Assembly (NCBI GenBank): GCA_963843385.1
Contig: CAWJJY010000003.1
Coordinates: 576,014 to 640,013 of the forward strand
Source of the DNA: an uncultured Acidobacteriota bacterium
Lineage (GTDB): Bacteria > Acidobacteriota > Vicinamibacteria > Vicinamibacterales > JAKQTR01
DNA: 64,000 bases
Direction of reading: 5' to 3'
Part shown: positions 1 to 7,014 of the stretch, in pieces
How the letters are laid out: each line of letters begins with the position of its first letter
Position numbering within the stretch: position 1 is the stretch's first letter
Notes under the pieces: generated by a model
Databases searched by the model: none
The model's input: the letters and a program-made list of their open reading frames with translations, nothing else
Told to the model about the DNA's origin: nothing
Made by a program: the position numbers and the translations under genes

Positions 1-1
1 C

Positions 2-394
2 CCGCAGGAAGTCGAGCAGGCGATCGACAAGCGGTCCAGCATGGCGGTGGTCGGCAACCTGAACGACTACGTCAAGTTCCAGATGGGGAAGGGCATGGAG
101 GCCGGGGGCGGCGCCGGCGGCACGGCGGCCGAACTTGCGGTCGGCTTCGGCATCGCACAGCAGATGATGCAGCAGGGCGCGGTCACGCTCCAAGCGCCGG
201 CTGGCGCCGCCGCGGGCGCAGCAGCAGCTCCCGCTGTCGCGGGACTGCTCTCCCCGGCGGAGGTGGCGAAGGCGCTCAACGTGCCCGAATCGGACGTCAT
301 GGCCATTCTCGAGTCCGGAGAGCTGAAGGCCAAGAAGATCGGCTCGAGCTTCCGGATCACCAAGGCCGCGCTCGACGCGTACCTGGCTCAGTAG
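2..394 (+). CDS. C-terminal part of an SPFH/YdjI-like (COG4260-type) protein ending in an excisionase-type HTH; the 5' end lies outside the window
   Basis: The frame is open from nt 2. A Gly/Ala-rich linker is followed by LSPAEVAKALNVPESDVMAILESGELKAKKIGSSFRITKAALDAYL, an HTH_17/MerR-superfamily pattern. Confidence 0.6.
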   Translation, partial: PQEVEQAIDKRSSMAVVGNLNDYVKFQMGKGMEAGGGAGGTAAELAVGFGIAQQMMQQGAVTLQAPAGAAAGAAAAPAVAGLLSPAEVAKALNVPESDVMAILESGELKAKKIGSSFRITKAALDAYLAQ

Positions 395-598
395 GGGCAG
401 CAGTCTCACCCGACGGCCGACACGATCCGGCTGGTGCCTGGAGGCTGGTGGCTTGCCCGGTGAGCCTGGCCCTGAGGTCCTGCCGGTCTGGTCGAGATCC
501 CGGTCGCAGTGAGACACGCAAGACAACCGACGCTGCGTACCGTCGCGACAGGCCGCCGGCCGCCGGCCGGACCGCCCGATTGAGATGAGGAGCCAGGG

Positions 599-1690
599 AT
601 GAGCGAGATTGCCGCCCTCGAGAAGCACGCCTGCCCGGCCTGCGGAGCGCAGGCCGAATGGAACCCCGGGAAACAGAAGCTGGTGTGCCCGTTCTGCGGC
701 ACCGAGTCGCCCTACAAGATCGATCAGGTGACCGGCACGATCCAGGAACTCGATCTGGTGAAGGCGCTGCGGGAATTGCCGGACGAGCAGCGCGGCTGGC
801 AGACCGAGCGGCGCAGCGTCCAGTGCCAGAGCTGCAAGGCCGTGATGGTCTTCGATCCGGCCAGGGTCGGCCAGAACTGCGAGTTCTGCGGGTCGCCGGC
901 GCTGGTCGACTACCAGGAGATCAAGGCGCCGATCACGCCCCAGAGCCTGCTGCCGTTCAAGCAGACGCAGAACGAGATTCGTGACGGGCTCCGCAAGTGG
1001 TACGCCGGCCGCTGGTTCGCTCCCAACGCCCTGAAGCGAAAGGCGCTGGTCGACGAAGTGCACGGCCTCTACATTCCTTACTGGACCTTCGACGCGCAGG
1101 TCCACTGTCCCTGGACCGCTGACGCCGGTTACTACTACTACACGACCGAGCAGTACCGCGACGCCAACGGCAACACCCAGACTCGCCGAGTTCAGCACGT
1201 GCGCTGGGAACCCGCCTCGGGCGTCGTCGATCATTTTTTCGACGATGAGCTGGTGCCGGGATCGAAGGGGGTGGACGCCTCCCTGCTGCGGCGAGTCGAG
1301 CCGTTTCCGACCAAGGAACTGGTTCCATACGACCGGGCGTTCCTGTCAGGGTTTCCGGTCGAGCACTACCAGGTCGTCCTGGTGGACGCAGCCAACGAAG
1401 CGCGCGATCAGATGCACAACGAGCTGATGCAGCTCTGTAGCGGCCAGGTGCCCGGCGATACCCAACGCAACCTCCGGATCGAGCCCGAGTACTCAGGCCA
1501 GACGTTCAAGCACGTTCTCGTGCCGATCTGGCTGCTCACCTACACGTTCGGCTCGAAGGTCTTCCAGGTCGTCGCCAACGGCTACACCGGCTCCATCGCC
1601 GGCAAGTATCCGAAGAGCCCCTGGAAGATCCTGATCCTCGTCGCGCTGGTGCTGGTGGCGATCTTCCTGTTCGCCATGGCGCAGCACTAG
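599..1690 (+). CDS. YdjG-like double zinc-ribbon protein with a C-terminal TM anchor
   Basis: GAGGAG SD upstream of the ATG. Two CxxC pairs occur twice (CPACG..CPFCG and CQSCK..CEFCG). The C-terminal hydrophobic helix is ILILVALVLVAIFLFAM. Confidence 0.8.
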   Translation: MSEIAALEKHACPACGAQAEWNPGKQKLVCPFCGTESPYKIDQVTGTIQELDLVKALRELPDEQRGWQTERRSVQCQSCKAVMVFDPARVGQNCEFCGSPALVDYQEIKAPITPQSLLPFKQTQNEIRDGLRKWYAGRWFAPNALKRKALVDEVHGLYIPYWTFDAQVHCPWTADAGYYYYTTEQYRDANGNTQTRRVQHVRWEPASGVVDHFFDDELVPGSKGVDASLLRRVEPFPTKELVPYDRAFLSGFPVEHYQVVLVDAANEARDQMHNELMQLCSGQVPGDTQRNLRIEPEYSGQTFKHVLVPIWLLTYTFGSKVFQVVANGYTGSIAGKYPKSPWKILILVALVLVAIFLFAMAQH

Positions 1691-1807
1691 TCCCGGGGGC
1701 AACGCGTGTTGAGTGGATACGCTCAATGCACGCGGCCTGAGGCCCACATGCTTCATTCCCGGCACCTTCCCAGCGTATTCGGGTGTCGGGCTTGGATGGC
1801 GTGACGT

Positions 1808-1821
1808 CCCGCCCGGGCGGG
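1808..1821. terminator. Possible bidirectional hairpin between convergent genes
   Basis: Perfect 14-nt palindrome cccgcccgggcggg, with a second cccgggcggg copy 13 nt later. There is no clear U-tract. Confidence 0.3.
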
Positions 1822-1870
1822 TTCGGGCACTCCCGGGCGGGAATTTCGAGACAATCCTCTGTCTGGCACC

Positions 1871-3007
1871 CTATTCCAGCACGTCGATGTGTTTCCGGTG
1901 GCACATGTCCTTGAGGATTTTGGGCCACACGGTCACACTCACCTCGCCCAGGTGGGCCTTCCTCAGGATGAGCATCTGAGTCCGCGACTGCCCGATGCCA
2001 CCGCCGATGCTGAGCGGGATCTGGTTGTTGATAATCGCCTGGTGATACGGGAACTTCAGGAAATCCAGCAGGCCCGACATCTCGAGCTGCTGTTTCAGGG
2101 TAATCGCGTTGACGCGGATACCCATGGATGTCAGTTCGTGGCGACGTCTGGTCACGGGGTTCCATACGAGGATGTCCCCGTTGATACCGTGCATCGTACG
2201 GCCCTTTGGGCCTTTCGTCTCGGTGACCCAGTCATCGTAGTCCGCGGCCCGGTTCTCGTGCGGGTAGCCGTCGGAGAGCGGCCAGCCGATGCCGATGATG
2301 AAGATGGCGGGGTACTTCTGCAGGATCGCCGTTTCACGCTGCTTGCGCGGCAGATCCGGATACATGTCGAGGATTTCCTCGGCATGCAGGAACGTCAGCT
2401 CGTCGGGAAGATTCGGGTGCTTGTTGGTCTTGAGTTTCGGGAAGTGTTCCTGCGCGTAGACCTCGGCGCCTTTGATGACCTTCCAGATTTTCTTCACGAT
2501 GGTCTTCAAGAAGGCGAGATTGCGCTGGTCGGCCGTGATGACGCGTTCCCAGTCCCATTGATCGACGTAACAACTGTGGTCGTGGTCGAGGAAATAGTCC
2601 TTTCGCACGGCGCGCATGTCCGTACAGAGTCCCTCACCGACCTTCATCCCGAACTGCTTGAGCGCCATCCTCTTCCATTTCGTCGCGGCCTGGACGACCT
2701 GGGCGTCGATCGGGTGTTTGTTGTAGTCGTTCGAGATATGGAATTGGATCGGCGTCCGCGAGCCATCACGGTCGAGCATGTCGTTCACGCCGCTCTCGAC
2801 ATCAACGATGAGGGGAACCTGCACCATCATCAGCTTGAGCTGCTTGCACAGGTTCTCCTCGATGTACTGCTTCACCGCGAAGATCGCCCGCTGGGTCTCC
2901 TTGGGGCCCAACAGCGACCTGTAGTCATCCGGGAGGACGTCCTTGAGCTCCGCGTAGTCGCCTATTCCCGGCCCGGCAAGATCGGATTGCTTGCTTGTGG
3001 TGGACAT
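1871..3007 (-). CDS. asnA: Aspartate--ammonia ligase (asparagine synthetase A)
   Basis: AsnA-like sequence throughout (QRAIFAVKQYIEE.., DWERV, IGGGIGQSRTQMLIL). The ATG at 3007 has a GGAGG 11 nt upstream, so I prefer it to the GTG at 3028. Confidence 0.85.
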   Translation of the reverse strand: MSTTSKQSDLAGPGIGDYAELKDVLPDDYRSLLGPKETQRAIFAVKQYIEENLCKQLKLMMVQVPLIVDVESGVNDMLDRDGSRTPIQFHISNDYNKHPIDAQVVQAATKWKRMALKQFGMKVGEGLCTDMRAVRKDYFLDHDHSCYVDQWDWERVITADQRNLAFLKTIVKKIWKVIKGAEVYAQEHFPKLKTNKHPNLPDELTFLHAEEILDMYPDLPRKQRETAILQKYPAIFIIGIGWPLSDGYPHENRAADYDDWVTETKGPKGRTMHGINGDILVWNPVTRRRHELTSMGIRVNAITLKQQLEMSGLLDFLKFPYHQAIINNQIPLSIGGGIGQSRTQMLILRKAHLGEVSVTVWPKILKDMCHRKHIDVLE

Positions 3008-3133
3008 GACGTCTATGACCTCCGTCACAAAGGGGTGCGTTGCACCGAAGATAAAGGGAAGGGGCAGGCGGGGGACAGTCGAAGCAGCGAGAGCATAGCA
3101 CGACAGGCCAGGACAGCCACTGGCGGACTTGGA

Positions 3134-4081
3134 TTAGCCGAGGAAAGGCGACGTTTCTTTCCCGCTCCTGTCCACGCGATGCACCTCGACCGGCTCGGGG
3201 TGAACCGTGACATCGGCATCCGCGACAAGCGCCTGGATCGCCCGCTCCGCCTCTTCGGTGAGCGCGTGGGCTTCCCGGAGCGTCTGATCGCCGTTCACGA
3301 GCACGTGGACGTCCACGAAGAGCTGGGCACCCGAGTACCGCGCGCGAACCCTGTGGCAATCCTCGACGCCAGGAAGCGCCTCGATGGCCGAGCGGATGCG
3401 TTCCTCCAGCCCAGCCGGGGCCGCGTCGAGCAGGGCCTGCACGGTCCGCCATCCCAGCCGGACGCTCACCCAGACGACGATCACCGCGACGAAGATGGCC
3501 GCGACCGCGTCGCCCGCTTTCAGGAACGCCAGCGCAGGAACCTGGTCGCTGACCGAGACGCAGATCAGCCCGACGATGACGACGGCGGAGCTCCAGATGT
3601 CGGTGCTGAAATGGAGTGCGTCAGCTTCGAGAGCCTGGCTGTTGAACCTGCGGGCCGCGCGGTAGAGCATCCGCGAGCGCGACACGTCGACGACGATCGA
3701 GGTGACCATCACGGCAAACGACCAGACGGTCACCTCGACCTGGCCGCGGTGGTAGGTCAGCCGGTGCACGGCTTCGTAGATGATCCATCCGCAGGTCACC
3801 AGCAGCAGGACGGTCTCGGCCATGGCCGACAGGTTCTCGACCTTGCCATGACCGTAGGGATGGTCGCGATCCGCCGGCCGGCCCGAGATCCGGACCGCCC
3901 CGTAGGTCAGCAGGGCGGCCATCAGATCGAGGCCCGAATGGGCAGCCTCGGCGAGAATGCCCAGGCTGCCCGTCATGATGCCGACGACGAGCTTGGTGCC
4001 GGTGAGGCCGACGGCCGCGGCCACCGAGTTCAATGCGGCGGCCTGTTTTTCCCGGCCGCCTTGTACGTCCAACGTCGCCAT
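3134..4081 (-). CDS. Cation diffusion facilitator (CzcD/FieF-like) metal efflux protein
   Basis: HSGLDLMAALLTYGAVRISGRPADRDHPYGHGKVENL and six TM segments. The start is set at MATLDV (cat at 4079-4081). The upstream 157 codons of the listed ORF are non-protein-like. Confidence 0.85.
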   Translation of the reverse strand: MATLDVQGGREKQAAALNSVAAAVGLTGTKLVVGIMTGSLGILAEAAHSGLDLMAALLTYGAVRISGRPADRDHPYGHGKVENLSAMAETVLLLVTCGWIIYEAVHRLTYHRGQVEVTVWSFAVMVTSIVVDVSRSRMLYRAARRFNSQALEADALHFSTDIWSSAVVIVGLICVSVSDQVPALAFLKAGDAVAAIFVAVIVVWVSVRLGWRTVQALLDAAPAGLEERIRSAIEALPGVEDCHRVRARYSGAQLFVDVHVLVNGDQTLREAHALTEEAERAIQALVADADVTVHPEPVEVHRVDRSGKETSPFLG

Positions 4082-4295
4082 CGCGATCAGGCCTCGGGTG
4101 TAGCGTCCCTCTCGCACCGGCGAGTCGGTCTCGCTCGTTTCGGCACGGTGCTCGCAGTCTACCTGAGTGACGCTCAGCTGATCACGCGCTGGTTCGTTCT
4201 TGCGACAGGTTCGCAGGATGCCAGGCGGCGAGGCCCCCGAGCGGGTGGCGTCCGCCCCGTTTCGGTCCAGTGGGTCGTGAGACGCATGCGGTAGT

Positions 4296-5555
4296 ATGGC
4301 GGTGGAAATGAGGAGGCGGCGGCTCCAACGAATGACCTCTCCCCCATCCCACGACACCGGCGTCAAACGCAGGAGAACCGAGCTGGCCCTGCCGGCGACG
4401 GTGGTCAGCCTCGGGCTGGTCAGCCTGTTCACGGACGTTTCGAGCGAAGCGATCTTCCCGCTCCTGCCGGCGTTCCTGACGACGCTCGGTGCCTCGAACG
4501 CGTTCATCGGGCTGGTGGAGGGTGCCGCCGAACTGGTGTCGAACATCCTCAAGTATCTGACCGGCCTCGTTGCCGATCGACGTGCCCGGCTGAAACCGTT
4601 GGTGCTCTTCGGCTACGGCATCTCGACCATCATCCGCCCGCTCGTTGGTTTTGCCGTGGTCCCCTGGCACGTGCTTGCCGTTCGCGTGGGCGATCGCGTG
4701 GGCAAAGGCATACGCTCGAGTCCGCGCGACGCGCTCATCGCCGCCGTCACGGACCCATCGATCCGTGCGCGCGCCTACGGCTTTCACCACGCCATGGACC
4801 ACGCGGGAGCTGCCATCGGGACCCTGCTCGGCGCCGGCCTCCTCTGGTTGCTGGCCGCCAACGGCGGACAGCAGGCCAGCGGCGAGCAAATGCGCACCGT
4901 GTTCCTCTGGGCGGCGGTGCCCGGTGTGTTCGCCATGGTGGCGCTCGCGCTCACCCGCGAGCCGCGAAGACCGATGCCGGCACCCGCGTTGCCCGGGCAG
5001 TCCCTCGCGCTGCCGCCGGCCCTGAAGCGTGCGCTGCCGCCGATTGTGATCTTCGCGTTCGCCAATGCCACCGACGCGTTCATTCTGGTCAAGGCCGCAC
5101 GGCTGGGGGCCTCGCCGATCCTGGCGCCGCTGCTATGGCTGGGCTTGCACATCGTCAAGGCGAGCACGGCGACCGCCGGAGGGCGCCTCGCCGACCGGTA
5201 CGGCAAACGGAACGCTCTTGCGCTCGGATGGGCGGTCTATGCCGTCACGTGGTCCGCGATCGGCTTCGCGCAGACGGTGCCGGTGCTTCTCCTGCTGGCG
5301 ATCATCTACGGGACCTCGCATGGCTTGGCCGAGGGGCCTGAAAAGGCGCTGGTCGCCGAACTGGCTGCCGGAAGCGGCAAGGGAAGGGCGTTCGGCATCT
5401 ACAACATGCTCATCGGGCTCTCGGCACTGGCGGCGAGCACGAGCTTCGGCCTGGTCTGGGATCGCCTGGGCAGCCTGGCGGCATTCGGGGGGTCCGGAGC
5501 AGTCGCGCTCATCGCGGCTGCGATGCTGCTGCTGCGCGTGCCGGAATCCGAGTGA
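4296..5555 (+). CDS. MFS transporter
   Basis: About 12 TM segments. LFTDVSSEAIFPLLPAFL and GLVADR are MFS-type motifs. Confidence 0.8.
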   Translation: MAVEMRRRRLQRMTSPPSHDTGVKRRRTELALPATVVSLGLVSLFTDVSSEAIFPLLPAFLTTLGASNAFIGLVEGAAELVSNILKYLTGLVADRRARLKPLVLFGYGISTIIRPLVGFAVVPWHVLAVRVGDRVGKGIRSSPRDALIAAVTDPSIRARAYGFHHAMDHAGAAIGTLLGAGLLWLLAANGGQQASGEQMRTVFLWAAVPGVFAMVALALTREPRRPMPAPALPGQSLALPPALKRALPPIVIFAFANATDAFILVKAARLGASPILAPLLWLGLHIVKASTATAGGRLADRYGKRNALALGWAVYAVTWSAIGFAQTVPVLLLLAIIYGTSHGLAEGPEKALVAELAAGSGKGRAFGIYNMLIGLSALAASTSFGLVWDRLGSLAAFGGSGAVALIAAAMLLLRVPESE

Positions 5556-5621
5556 ACAGGGGAATCGTACACGACCCCGTGAAGCGGGCCCGCCGATTTC
5601 GATCGTAAGCGAGAGGCAGTC

Positions 5622-5654
5622 GCGCCCTCCCGGCCGGCCCGAGAGGGCGCTTTC
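5622..5654 (+). terminator. Rho-independent-type hairpin after the MFS gene
   Basis: gcgccctc / gagggcgc 8-bp stem with a 13-nt loop, followed by tttc. Confidence 0.5.
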
Positions 5655-5658
5655 AGGT

Positions 5659-7005
5659 TCAGCGCCGCCTTTGAGCCGCCGCCGTGTCGAGCGGCACCAG
5701 GCGCCCATCGACGAACACGTACCTGATTGTCATCCGGTCGTCGAACAGATCGCCCTCCGTGACGATCAGGTTCGCGATCTTCCCCCGCTCCAGCGATCCA
5801 AGCCGATCCCCCGCTCCTGCGATCGAGGCGGCGGCGATCGTCAACGCCCGCACCGCGGCATCGGGAGCGAGTCCGGCCTTGACCGCCTTCGCGGCGTTCC
5901 GGACGAACTCCTTCGGATCGCTCAGCCCGGACGACGAGAATGCGAATGGCACCCCGGCCGCCTCGAGCGCCGCAGGGACCTTCGGCGCATTCGCACGCGC
6001 GCGCAGGACGCCGAGCGTCTCGTCGGCGTCGGGCGCGAGCAGACGCGAACGGACGGGGTAGTTCAGGCTGTAGATGACCCTGGCCTTCGACGCCTTGATG
6101 TCTGCCAGCGCCTGGTCGGCTTCGAGGCCCCCGCTCAGGATCGGATCGAGCCTGAACTCCTTCGCCATCAGCAATGCCCGGCGGATGTCCAGCGCCGATC
6201 CCGCCTGGAAGACCACCGGAACCTTGGCGGAGAGCGCCGGTTGCATCGCCTCGAGCGCAGCGTCGTAGACCGGGCGGACCGACCCGCTCTTGAGACGCTC
6301 GAATCGGGCCAGCTCCAGCTGGTAGTGCCCAGCGTCCAGGAACGCCTGGCGCACGAACGCGACCCCGCCCATGAGCGATGCCGGGTAGGTACCGCCTCCG
6401 CCGAAGCCCGGTGAAAACGACACGTGAAGGGCCACCGGCGTCTTCACGACATACAGCCCTCGCCGCTCATCCGCGACGTTTCCAATCTGGGGCGCATCCT
6501 CGGGCGCCACGACGTTGACGAGCGAACTGCGGCCCGTGATCAGGTCGCCGGGAGGCGTGGCGAGCACGGAGGTGATGCCGGCGCTCGCCAGGCGCTTCAG
6601 TTCCGGCGCGTCGGCCCTCAGGTACTGGGCGGCCTCCAGCTGAGGCCGGAGGATCGTCTGGCGCCGTGCCCGTTCGATCTCCATCAGCGTCCTCGCATCG
6701 CGCGGGGGTTCGACCGCCGGAATCGACAAGCCGAGCGAGGTGCCCATGTCGATGAGACCCGGATAGATCGTCAGGCCCTTTCCCTCAATGACCATCGCCT
6801 CCGGAGGCACCGTCGAGGTCCCGGCCACCTCTGCGATCAGGCCGCCGCGGACGATGACCGTGCCGGACTCGATGGGGGCGCCGGCGGCGGTGACGATGCG
6901 GGCCCCGGTGATCGCGTAGACGTGCGGAGCCTCGGCTCGGACCACGAGAACGAGCGCAGCCAGGAGCGCGGAGGCCAGAATCGTGCGAAGTCGAATCGGG
7001 TTCAT
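5659..7005 (-). CDS. Secreted amidohydrolase-fold protein lacking the HxH metal motif
   Basis: Signal peptide and AGGAGG SD. COG1228-like N-terminal beta sandwich (ITGARIVTAAG..GTVIVRGGLIAEVAG). The HxH position reads PGLIDMGTSLG. Confidence 0.8.
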   Translation of the reverse strand: MNPIRLRTILASALLAALVLVVRAEAPHVYAITGARIVTAAGAPIESGTVIVRGGLIAEVAGTSTVPPEAMVIEGKGLTIYPGLIDMGTSLGLSIPAVEPPRDARTLMEIERARRQTILRPQLEAAQYLRADAPELKRLASAGITSVLATPPGDLITGRSSLVNVVAPEDAPQIGNVADERRGLYVVKTPVALHVSFSPGFGGGGTYPASLMGGVAFVRQAFLDAGHYQLELARFERLKSGSVRPVYDAALEAMQPALSAKVPVVFQAGSALDIRRALLMAKEFRLDPILSGGLEADQALADIKASKARVIYSLNYPVRSRLLAPDADETLGVLRARANAPKVPAALEAAGVPFAFSSSGLSDPKEFVRNAAKAVKAGLAPDAAVRALTIAAASIAGAGDRLGSLERGKIANLIVTEGDLFDDRMTIRYVFVDGRLVPLDTAAAQRRR

Positions 7006-7014
7006 GTCTGCCTC

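Noticed and set aside
1321-2170. 12-mer GGTTCCATACGA present at both 1321-1332 and 2159-2170. It overlaps the GGGGTTCCAT motif seen upstream of cstA and POT.
   Set aside because: Both copies are inside well-supported coding sequence (one sense, one antisense), with no shared flanks. I treat this as coincidence.
1889-4294. 801-aa plus-strand ORF. Similar giant ORFs occur at 6424-9759, 15961-18291, 41958-44723, 54765-57224, 52535-54091, 50353-51663, 35599-36597 and 39356-41158.
   Set aside because: Each lies antisense to, or out of frame with, a gene that has clear family motifs. Their translations are Arg/Pro/Gly/Asp-rich with no motifs. This is the expected stop-codon-poor shadow-ORF artefact of roughly 70% GC DNA.
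4082-4295. Possible metal riboswitch (czcD/NiCo-type) in the 5' leader of the CDF gene.
   Set aside because: I could not match the leader to the conserved NiCo four-way-junction elements by eye. Only short generic hairpins are present. A cmsearch would be needed.
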